A stretch of DNA of 64,000 nucleotides from IMG/VR virus record IMGVR_UViG_3300048597_000634, positions 1 to 64,000 of that record. One strand, given 5' to 3'. Shown one piece after another: positions 9,044 to 19,100 of this stretch (the stretch's first letter is position 1; every line of letters starts with the position of its first letter). Position numbers and translations under genes: made by a program. The notes beneath the pieces are model-generated. The model was not told where the DNA came from and ran no database searches. It was given only the letters and a program-made list of their open reading frames with translations.

Positions 9044-9119
9044 CGTTTTATTGGTTGGGGTTTGTAATTAAACTGCTTAGGGACGGTACGAATCAACGGG
9101 TTACGAACGGTACGAATTG

Positions 9120-9275
9120 TTAGTGGGTAAGGCAGCGCTCAAGGTAGTTAACTACGTTGAGTATCTGGGCGCGGTGGTGATGTATATCAAGACGTTCACC
9201 GTAAGAGAAGGCTTGGTCGGCGTCTTGTTTGAGTTGGGTTAGGTATTCAGCGACGGTCAAGTTGGGGTTGTTCAT
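9120..9275 (-). CDS. Small hypothetical protein (51 aa, MNNPNLTVAEYL...)
   Basis: Hand-translated ORF; GAGG SD-like sequence about 10 nt upstream. Confidence 0.5.
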   Translation of the reverse strand: MNNPNLTVAEYLTQLKQDADQAFSYGERLDIHHHRAQILNVVNYLERCLTH

Positions 9276-9376
9276 AATGGTTATACCTCGGTTAATAGTT
9301 AACGAAAACGAACAGGGCGCCCGCCTTTACTGGGGTTGTAGTAGCGGACTAACAGGTCATCAACAGCATTATTAAG

Positions 9377-9742
9377 TTATCTAAAGAGCTTAGGTATCTC
9401 TTCTACAGACATTGTCTCAGTGATGTCATCCCAATAATCTGCCTCCGGGTTGTTTTCAATGTTGGCGGCGGCTCGTCGTTCTAAGACTATCTCAAAGATG
9501 TCACGCCATTCACTATAGGTATAACCTTGGTATTTGTAGTTCTCGATGAGTGTTTTAGGCACGCCACTTTCAGCCATGGTCTCCAGCTTTTTAGTGACAT
9601 ACGTGAAACAGTTGATAAGGTGTCCTGTCTCCATATCTTTCAGTTTAACGCGGGTGCCGTCCCCAGTTACCCAGCAGATTTCTCCGATTAGGTTTCTTAG
9701 GAGCCTACCAGCTAGGCTTTTAAGATTTGGTTGAATAGTCAT
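9377..9742 (-). CDS. Hypothetical phage protein (121 aa)
   Basis: ORF track. W...DG..V.L.DMETGHL.N segment of a type common in small phage proteins; AAGG SD-like sequence upstream. Confidence 0.65.
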   Translation of the reverse strand: MTIQPNLKSLAGRLLRNLIGEICWVTGDGTRVKLKDMETGHLINCFTYVTKKLETMAESGVPKTLIENYKYQGYTYSEWRDIFEIVLERRAAANIENNPEADYWDDITETMSVEEIPKLFR

Positions 9743-9947
9743 CGTAATACCTTTAATAATTAATCCACTTAGTCATCTTTTTCTCGGTAGGCAGGCTAAA
9801 TAAAAGCCCATTATCTCACTATTCGGTAGATACACGTTTACCCCGCCTGTCAGTAGCCTTTTTAGATAGGGGCCGATGGTATGGGAATGGGGTTAGACCG
9901 GGTGAAGGGTGTACTGGCTTGGCAAAAAGAAAGCCTCCCTCAGGGGG

Positions 9948-10070
9948 TTAGGAAGCTTTCAGTTGTTTAACTAGTCTTTTAGTAGCCGCTTTAGCAGCCT
10001 TGACTTTGGCGGGGGCTAGGCGCTCCCTTTTGGTTTTCTTACCTGTCAGTTGCCAGTGCTTGATTTGCAT
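9948..10070 (-). CDS. Small, very basic peptide (40 aa, MQIKHWQLTGKKTKRERLAPAKVKAAKAATKRLVKQLKAS)
   Basis: Hand-translated ORF; GAGG upstream; stop codon overlaps a terminator hairpin at about 9925-9960. Confidence 0.5.
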   Translation of the reverse strand: MQIKHWQLTGKKTKRERLAPAKVKAAKAATKRLVKQLKAS

Positions 10071-10192
10071 TATCTAGTTCCTCACCATTAAATTGTTAAG
10101 TTGTTCGTACAATTATATCCTGTAAAAAATAAAGCCCCGCGGGGGGCTATTCGACGGAGAACCAGTGCTTTCTTAACCGCTTGGGCACTGTT

Positions 10193-10351
10193 CTAAGACA
10201 AATTACTCCATCGGTGCCGCGCTCGCAGAGGCGGTCGAAGAATGCATTGGACCCGTTTTGGGTTAGATGATACTTCCAGAAGAAGAACATCATTAGACAG
10301 CGTAACCAGGATTTGTAGATGGTCATAGGTTTTACTAGTTGGGGTTTGCAT
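10193..10351 (-). CDS. Possible small hypothetical protein (52 aa from MQTPTSK)
   Basis: Internal ATG of the ORF-track ORF; may be non-coding. Confidence 0.3.
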   Translation of the reverse strand: MQTPTSKTYDHLQILVTLSNDVLLLEVSSNPKRVQCILRPPLRARHRWSNLS

Positions 10352-10434
10352 AGTTAATGCACCGTGCTGGTACTGCCCCAGCCTGAAACACCTTATGAGG
10401 GTGCTGCCTACCTTCTCGGCCAACGGTGCGGGGG

Positions 10435-10492
10435 TCGGACTGGGTGGACTCGAACCACATATTGCAGGGAATGCCTTGTACTCACCAGCCCG
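10435..10492 (-). ncRNA. 58-nt tRNA-like element (acceptor stem plus T arm, no canonical D or anticodon arms)
   Basis: CGGGCTG/CAGTCCG 7-bp stem with one G-U, discriminator A, T arm TGTGG-TTCGAGT-CCACC, and only 26 nt between the acceptor 5' strand and the T arm. Confidence 0.5.
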
Positions 10493-10611
10493 CTTTTCGA
10501 CTTCCTCACGGGTCTAAGCCCTTTACGGTTGTCTATCTTTACATTCGGGTAAATCAACCTAGCCGCGGCTCCCCGGGCGGTTTGCACTTAACGTTTGCCT
10601 TAATAGGACGT

Positions 10612-10682
10612 ATCCTACTGCGGGTATCGGACCCGCGCCGTTAAGTGGAATGTAACCCAGTTTAACCCACTGGATAGAGCGA
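10612..10682 (-). pseudogene. Degenerate tRNA-Gly(TCC)-like sequence
   Basis: D-like arm CAGT-GGGTTAA-ACTG, anticodon-like arm GTTAC-ATTCCAC-TTAAC, T arm GCGGG-TCCGATA-CCCGC. The acceptor stem pairs poorly. Confidence 0.35.
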
Positions 10683-10885
10683 CCCCAAACAGGCCAACGT
10701 ACAGGGAACTATACTTTTCAATCCATCAGCTTGGCTATAGTTAACCTTCTGACTTGAGGACTAATTCGTCCATTTAATTTTCTTTTTACCGAACGGTGGA
10801 CCATTTAACTTAATACATGATATGATGCGCTTAAAAAAACCTTTTATACTCCCAGTTAAAGACTAAAAAAGAGCATAATTTGCTC

Positions 10886-10915
10886 TTGACATTTATGGTT
10901 GATGTAGGCTAAGCT
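10886..10915 (+). promoter_or_regulatory. Sigma70-consensus-like promoter facing a pyrimidine-rich non-coding stretch
   Basis: TTGACA (10886-10891), 18 nt spacer, TAAGCT (10910-10915). Confidence 0.4.
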
Positions 10916-11367
10916 AGTAACGCGACGGACTTCTCGACAGACCTCTCTCCTCTTAATTTCCCGGTCAATTTTGCTTTTTAAGAGGTTGGATGCTGGACTC
11001 CCTCACTCCCTCAACACTGCTCCAATCTAAGACATGGTCGCTACACTGCGTTCCGCTCTTTGCTCCACTTCCCTCGTTTCCCTTCGTTTCAGTCCCCCTG
11101 CCTGGGGTTTCCTTTTCTCTTAATAAATACGAGTTATTAAGAGTGGTATTCTCGCATCCAGGCTTAGCGGTTCACTTCACTACGGTTACTTCGGTCGGTC
11201 GCTTTGTCTTGAGTTGTCGACTGGCGTCGGTCGTTCGGTCGGTCTGTTAGATAGGAGCTTTTTAATAAGCTATATCTTCCCAGACGTAACAAGTATAAAT
11301 CCAACTTTATATAGTCGTCAAGGGTAAATAAAAAGAAAGCCCCCCCCCCGAAGGGCAGGCAGTCTTC

Positions 11368-11592
11368 TTAGACCTCAACTAGGTCGAATTCCTCATATCC
11401 GCCGTCATACGCCAGCGGGCTTCTAGTATCCCAGTCGGGATGATTTACATCCCAGATAGGTAGTGACGCTCTGGTATAGCGGTGGCGACCGCCATTGAGC
11501 AATACCCAGAAGTAATCTGAGCGAAAACCATGATGTCCCCGGAGGTGTTGGAAGAATGCTTTAATTACGTTCTTAGTTCTTTGGATAGCCAT
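11368..11592 (-). CDS. Hypothetical protein (74 aa)
   Basis: ORF track; followed by a terminator hairpin and U-tract at about 11326-11365. Confidence 0.6.
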   Translation of the reverse strand: MAIQRTKNVIKAFFQHLRGHHGFRSDYFWVLLNGGRHRYTRASLPIWDVNHPDWDTRSPLAYDGGYEEFDLVEV

Positions 11593-11620
11593 ACTGACCC
11601 TTAGCTAATAGTTAATCCAA

Positions 11621-12043
11621 TCAGTTGTCTTTTTCCCGCAAGGCGGCGCCCAAGGTGGTGCTGAGCAAGGACAAAAACTCCCTCAAGTCATCCTCTTCTG
11701 TGAAGGATACCCTCTTGGTGGCGTGAAACCTAGTATCCTTTGTTATCATCCTGTCCAGGGGTAATAACGGGTCAATTAGTGAGTCATGGATAGACATATG
11801 TAAGATACTATCCCTCACCAGATAGTAATAAAAGAGGCATTTGCCCCTGCAACCCTGGCGCCATACAGATGTATATCGGCTAGTGATTCTAGGTAACAGC
11901 CCGTTGACCTTGATGTAGTCGTCCATTATGGTTGCTAAGGTGGGGATTGGCGCCGGCTTTGGTAATAGCTCCAGCAGCTTTTCCACAGGGAATACTAAGT
12001 GGACTTCTCCGTCGATAAGCCGGATATCAGTTAATACCTTCAT
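11621..12043 (-). CDS. Hypothetical protein (140 aa)
   Basis: ORF track. Confidence 0.6.
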   Translation of the reverse strand: MKVLTDIRLIDGEVHLVFPVEKLLELLPKPAPIPTLATIMDDYIKVNGLLPRITSRYTSVWRQGCRGKCLFYYYLVRDSILHMSIHDSLIDPLLPLDRMITKDTRFHATKRVSFTEEDDLREFLSLLSTTLGAALREKDN

Positions 12044-12178
12044 GTTTGGTCAAAGTAATGTGGTGGAAAAATAAAAGACTATAAGTCGTGCTACTAGTAG
12101 TCTTTTTACCTTTGGGATAGTCAGGCAAATAAAAAGAAAGACTAAACTCCCAGGTGGGAGTCTAATCTTCCTATAGTT

Positions 12179-12835
12179 TTATTTGGTTAGGGCGGCAAAA
12201 CGAGCCAATGCAGCATCTATATCAGCCAAAGATAAACCCTTGGAGCCGGTGCCGTTACCAGCAAGGGTTCCTTTGGTATATCCTGCGCTGAAGCAGATAG
12301 CTTGGTAAGACTCTAATTGATAGGCAGGAGTGCCATCAGTTTTTACGCCAACCTGCACTTTGTTCCCGGCAGTATCCAATACATACTTCTGCTGCTCTTC
12401 AAGAGTCAACATAAGGATGATAGGGTTACCAGAGAAGTCAATGAATAGGTTGGGTTTTTCACCCTTGGGCGCAGCTAACCAGGCTTCGAGGGCTTCTACT
12501 TGTTTGTCGTTGATTACCATGGTGGCTTGACCTTCCTCAGCGGACTGAGATAGATTCAACCAACCCTTGAGGCTGAAATTATAATTCTTCTCCTGAGAGG
12601 GAACTATAACGCCGTCAACACAGGTGCCAGACAAACTAACGTAGATGCCATAACTCCCCTCCGAGTGGCGGGTTACAGCAAATACCTTGGAGCCAACGTT
12701 TGCTGTAGGTAGCACTACTAACCCACCCAGTTGCTCTACCATTACGGCAGGCAAGGATTGGTTAGTAATAGCTACCCGTAAGTTTTCGATGTTAGCAGCT
12801 ACGGACTCAGAAGAATTCAAGAATACTTTGGACAT
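12179..12835 (-). CDS. Hypothetical protein (218 aa)
   Basis: ORF track; GAGG upstream; terminator hairpin GACTAAACTCCCaggtGGGAGTCTAATC downstream. Confidence 0.7.
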   Translation of the reverse strand: MSKVFLNSSESVAANIENLRVAITNQSLPAVMVEQLGGLVVLPTANVGSKVFAVTRHSEGSYGIYVSLSGTCVDGVIVPSQEKNYNFSLKGWLNLSQSAEEGQATMVINDKQVEALEAWLAAPKGEKPNLFIDFSGNPIILMLTLEEQQKYVLDTAGNKVQVGVKTDGTPAYQLESYQAICFSAGYTKGTLAGNGTGSKGLSLADIDAALARFAALTK

Positions 12836-13168
12836 GGAGATTACCTCTAATTTTTACCAACTGGTAGTCTTTTTCATACACCTCTCGGTATAAGCAAAAC
12901 ACTACCGGCGACGGGTTCCATAACTCTCGCTACAAAACACCATTCGCCTGCTACTCCTCTTTTTCGCACACTCCTCGTTCTCACTATTAATCCCCTGGCT
13001 TTGCCCCGTAACTAGACTTTGGGACTGTATCACCCCCACGGTGTCGTCTCAATACTCAATTCTTATTCAGTTGTCTTAGCGGGCAGTATTCAGTTTTTGG
13101 TTTTATTTAGTTGGGATAAACGACTATTTGTATAGAGCCCCGTCGTTAAGGGGCCCGCTCGTCAACTA

Positions 13169-16100
13169 TTATTCAGCTTTAGACTCAAGCCACTTGCGGT
13201 AGCTCAGGTCTTTGTTGCCTTGGGCTTGGTAGAACCAATGCAAGTCTTCAGGTCCTTCAAAGTTGAAGTAGATGTCAGACGCTTTGGTAAACCGAGAACA
13301 GGCAACTAGTAGCCACTGGGCATCGTTCAGGGCTACTTTGTATGTCTTATGCTCACCGTCTTCTTCAAAGATGAATTGACGGTTCTTGTCTTTAGCTTTC
13401 CACTCTTGGCTAACGGAGATAACACCTTCATTAGTGATGGTCATCCCTTGTACGCTGTGCCCGGTGGTGGCGAAGTCGGGGTGGATGGGTAGTTGATAGA
13501 AAGCGCCGGGGGATTGTCCATCCTTACCAGCACCTTCGAAGCGTTCTACACCGATGTTTAGCTCTTTACCGTCTTCGAATAACACCCATACGGACTTCTT
13601 ACAGAGTTTAGTGATAAACCCACGGGAGCCGTTAGATGCTTCTAGAACGCCGTCTTTCTTACGGTTCTTGCGGAGCTTAACAGGCATACCTACAGCAAAT
13701 TCCATTACCGGTGCGATGGGGCTGAAGGCATATACCCAACCAGGATAGCGGTCGCCATTGATAGATACAGGACCGTTATTACCATGTATTTCAGCACGAT
13801 ATACCTTTGTTTCGGTACCCATAGCGCGGGTCATACGGCGATTAATGCGCTCAACCGTGACGTTATTGAAGCGTATATGGGTGGTATTAAGATTATCGCT
13901 GGGCTTTAAGCCTTCTTCAGCACAAAGACGGAAGCGCTCTAATAACACGCCGGTAATCTCATTAGTCTCAGACAAATGGCGGAGGGCGGCGGCGAGTTCA
14001 GGGTCTTCAGCTTGACGCACGTTGGTCTTGAGGTTGACACAACGGAAGTTCTCAATGATGTTTTCGAGGGTGCCGTTACAACCTTCAATGACAGCGCGCT
14101 GCCAGAAGTCCCGGGCACCTTTACCAATTACTTTGAGTTGGTCACCGTCGCCGGCGAGGATTACCTGGATGCAAGGATTGTGGTAGTAAAGGATATTCCA
14201 GATAACCCACAGCATGCGGGAATCTAACATGGATACTTCATCTAAGACGAAGTGTACCCGTTGACCTTCTTTTTCACCGTGGAGCATCACGCTTAGTTCG
14301 TCATTAGCTTGACCACGGGCAATCATGCGTTGACTCCAGGCGTAGGGAGTCATGGCGGCGGCGTCTTTCTCATCAAAGCCGATGCCTAGACCTAGAACGG
14401 AATTGAAGGTACCGTAACCGTCTAGGTTTTCTATATCAAAGCGGACGCCCATGTTCATTGCAGCACGACCGGTGGTGGCCGTAACGATTACTTTGTCGCC
14501 TAAGCCTAACCAATGGTTAATCATGGTTTCTAGGGCGTAGGTCTTACCGGTACCAGCTTCCCCGGATAGGAATATGTTGTCACCGGTGCATGCTGCGTTG
14601 AAGAACCGTTTTTGGCAGTCAGTGGCGCCGGTGTCATCTACTGGGGGGCAGGGGATGGACCGGGCTTTCTTTTTAGCATCGATTAGGTTCTTGGGCTCGG
14701 ACTTTTTTGCGTAGCCTTTGATTAGGTTGGCTACTACATCATCAGCGGATTGGGTTTGGGTGGGGGCGGGGGCGGGGGCGGGGGCGGGGGCGGGGGTATT
14801 CACGGCGGCTACTTCATCAACTTTATTGCTGATGGTAGCCTTTTTATTTGTCGTAGGGTCGGCTGCCACTTTAGTGGCGAACATAGCCATATTTGCCTGA
14901 TAGTCACCCTCTTCAGGAATGAACATATCCTCATCGGCACTAGGTGCAACTTGAGGAGTCACTGGGGCGGCGGCGGGTTGGCTAGCCGTTTCAGCCAATG
15001 ACTGACGAAGTGCATTCTCCGCGGGAGTGAAGGTGATGGTGTGGGCAGCGGCAGGTGCCGGGTCAGGCTTCTTAGGAGAATCATCTTTGGTTACTGGTAC
15101 ATTACCTTCACCGTCGTCAGATTCATCCTCATTAGGTTCATTACCGGTTACGTCTCCTAACATAGCGGCGAACTCAGGGGTGAGTTTAGCAACAACGTCA
15201 GCTAGTTTAGCCGATAACTTGGCCTTTTTGTCTTCCAACTTCTGCAGCGCCTTAGCCTGTTCTTGTTGTTTAGCTAACAAGGCTTGCGCTTTAGCCAAAC
15301 GGGTCTCAAGGGAGACAATCTCAGCCTCAACAGTGGCTTGCTTAGCCAAGAAGATTTTGTCTTCCGTGGGGGCTACTACAGGCGTAATAACTGCCGGGGT
15401 GGGCGCCGCCATGACTTGCGTCGGGGCCTCAGCAACCACTACTGGAGGAGGACTCATCAAAACAGCAAATGCTTGTTGAGCTTCCACCATATCATCGGTA
15501 GATTGCTCATCTTCGTCGATTACAACAGTGGGGGCGGGGGCTTCACTAACCATCATTTGAGCCATCATTGCCTGACTCATGGCAATTTCCTCCGCAGAGG
15601 GAGGGGTTATATCCATATATTCCTCGGGTTGATAATCATCGTAGATATTCTCGAAGGGGTCTACTAAATCAAAGTCATCAGAATCGATAACCATATAGTT
15701 AGTAGGGCTAACTTCTACATCCACGACGGTTTGCTTTAATTCAACTAGGTCAACATCACCCACACGAGCAGTTAATTGAGACTCATAGTGAGCCACCAAG
15801 TCTGCGCCGATGGTGTAAGTCAACGCAGTGTTAGGCGCGGGACCTACAACTAAGTCACCCAATACTTCAGGGTCAGCCATATCCATAAGCAACTGCAAGC
15901 AATGACTTTCAGATACAGCGTTAGCCCATACTTCATGGGTGGATACGCCTTTGACTAGGTAGTCAAGGGTGACGCGGGTCATGGCTTTGTGGTTACGGAC
16001 TTTCTCTTCACTGGCAACATTGGTGCTGTTGAGAGGTCCATGGTTAAAGCCGTGCCATTTAGCACGACCTGCTTCGGTTACCAACATGGCAGCGGCAACG

Positions 16101-19100
16101 ATGAACTGTACAACCCGGCGGTCATCCCGTTGCAGGTCGAATAGGAACATAGATTGTTGCTTAACCGTTCCGTTAGCATAGGATGCCAACCAGAATGCGG
16201 TAGCCATGGCGCCGGCTTGGTCAGGGTTAACACCAGCTTCAGATAGAATGTCAACCAGGTGGGCGGTCTTCTGCTCACGGAAGTAGCGGGCTTTAGACTC
16301 CGCCTCTAGGTTATGGTCGGTACCATTACCATCTACTTTATCGATGTGGATTAACGGAGCATGCCATACTGGGGCGAACTTCGCTTCCATTACAGCGCTT
16401 AGCAAACCCCAAAGTTCCCAACCTAAGTCGTTAACGGCACCTAATACATACTCATAGATATCTGCACAGGCAGTGACTGCGTAGTATGACTGAGGACCGA
16501 CGAAGGGTTTGAACATCTCAGGGATTTCCAACCCAGCTGCCTCGAATACACCGCCTTTAACCATACCGTTGAGGATATCAACGATGGCCTCGGTCAAGCG
16601 ATATACCTTGTAGCTGACACCAACCTGCTGGCTTTGTAGAATTAGAGAGCGCCAGTTGGTGGTGTTATAGGTAGTAGCAAGGACTAGGTGTTTACCTACA
16701 ACTACGCCGCTATCATATTTAACTGTTAGAAGACCAGCTCGGAAGAAGATATTAGCCTTCTTAGACAGGCTGGGGGCGCGCAAATGGTCACCCAAGTAAA
16801 CTTCTTTGATGGCCTGGGCACCAGGACCACCGGCACACATATCACAGCTATCCCATGCCTTGTCTTCGGTAGACACTAGACCACGCAAGCCAGCTACTTC
16901 AGTAACCAGGAACGTAGCACTAACGCCGTCACCGTCAGAGTCACCTTTGGTGATGTCAGTCATAGCAATGACCGAGACCCCGATGGTATAAGGATAGGGG
17001 TTAGCCATCACATCCTTCTTGGTCAATGGGTTATACACCCAAGGACGGTCGAAACAGTAGAAGGTATTGGCGTAGGCTTCTTGAGACTTAGGCATACGAA
17101 GTACCCGAAGCACAGGACCGTCTTTGATTGGACTACGGGTCAAGTGGTTAAACGCTTCACAACGTTCGGGTAGATCCCATACTGATTCACCATGGGCTTT
17201 ATAGTCAGCCCAGGTAGGTACGGCACGGAGGTCTAGTCCGTAGTGCTTAGCCACGCGGCGGGCATTAGCCCATTGGTCATCACCTTCATGGAGCAACATC
17301 ACTCCAGTGGGTAGGTTAGGCATGGCGATTACTTTACCGCCGAAGACCTCACCACCGGAAATAAACTTACGGACACCCTCAGAGGATGCCCAAGACTCCA
17401 TACGACCACACAACTGGTTGGCAATGATTCCGATGCTGCGACCGTCTAAGGAACCCGACAGGACTTCAGCTAAATACGCCTGGAACAAACCGCTAGCAGT
17501 GCTATGACTATTGTCTTCAGCACTACGACCATTGAGGTAATACAGGAACGGAGTCCAGACCTCGATGGATTTACTGACGGTGTAGACTTCACCGCTATCG
17601 GGGTCTACTTTGTATTCTTTGCGGGAAGCATCGATTTGAAAGATGTAGTCTTTGAGGGCATCACATAGCCCACCGAAGTTGGATACATTGCTGACATCAG
17701 CATTACCCAAGACGGCTTTAAGCGTATCGATAATCTCAGCATTGGGTATCCAGGTTGCGGCGCCGGCGCCCTTCTTACCTTCTTCCCATTTGCCTAATTT
17801 GACAACAGTACGGTCATCAATAGCTTTACTGAGCCCAGAGTAAGCACTCAGATGCAGCATTTTAGCCCGCCACATAGAGTTAGTTTTACCGGATAGACGT
17901 TGGTGACTAATTAGGTCTTTAGCCAACTCATCATTACCAATACCCCACGCATCGGTCATAGCCCGGAGGGAACGCATACAGACGTCCATCTGCCCGGAGC
18001 TGTTATTGTTGATGCCCTGACGAGTAGTAGCCGCTTCATAGAGGACTACATCGTAGATGGGGCAGTTCTTACGACCAACCAACATGGTGGACTGCTGAGC
18101 TACTTTAGCGACGCGCCCGGCTTTATTGATGAACAACACGAATGCATTGTCCTTGTCATTGGTGAAGCACTTGTAAGTGTAGTCTTCAGTAACACCGGCA
18201 GCCAGGGACATTACCAAGGCACGAGCTTCCTTAGCGTCGTCAATTAGACGCCATGAGTCGATACCACGGTCAGACATGTCAGTATAGAGACGGTCAATGG
18301 CGTAGCCGAAGTCACCGTGCTCTAGCTCTTCCCACATCGTCCAAACGTTTTCACGCTTGAAGTAGTTGAAGAAGGCAGTTTGAAGCTGCGTGTACAAGGG
18401 TTGAGCAACCATAGATACATGGTCTTCCACCAAATACTCCAGGTGGCGACGACCTTCTACTAATTCGTTGATGTCTTTAGCCATCTCAACCATGGCTAGG
18501 AACCCTGGCTCTTTACAGTCAGGGTTTAGTACCAAGGTGGCGCCGATGACGCTGATTAGACAGCCATCAACGTCAATCTTCATGGCGTCTTGCAAATACA
18601 CCGCGTCAACTGTTTTGCCTGCAGCATTAGGGAGCTTCAGGAATGTAGATTTGACGGGCATTAGGTTAGCCTTAGCCACAGAAGAACGAATCTTGGCTTG
18701 ACGTTCCATGGGTGTGACTTTGAATTCCACCTCCAAGTTCTTGCCAGTAATCTCAGGTGCTACGTGGACACGAACCCATTCCAAGATACCGTCGCCGTTA
18801 TTACCTTCATAGGCGAAGGGTTTACTGGGGGCTAGCTCATCATCGGTATGGACGTTACATACCACAGAACCACCATTGCCGTGGACATACACAGCGGTTT
18901 GAGGGTAGAAGTAGTAGTATTCGATACCACGTACCCGGTGAACCTCGGTCACTAACTCAACATCAGCCAATACACACTCAGGCTGACGGAAGTCCACTGC
19001 CAACTCAGGGCGAACTAAGTGGATATCATCAGCACCGAAACCGACGCCGGGTTGTACTTCGATAGCCCGTTGGGGAATCTCGAAGTTAGCCTGCTCGATG

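Noticed and set aside
10150-10195. CCCAAGCGGTTAAG resembling a Ser/Leu tRNA D-loop
   Set aside because: It forms only a single hairpin beside a terminator; no other tRNA arms.
10435-10492. tmRNA tRNA-like domain
   Set aside because: The wobble is at pair 4, not G3-U70, and there is no room for a tag reading frame or evident second piece.
14750-15001. Poly-glycine ORF on the + strand
   Set aside because: Shadow of the (CCCGCC)n Pro-Ala linker of the 3186-aa gene. The many other + strand ORFs inside the two giant genes are likewise treated as antisense shadows.
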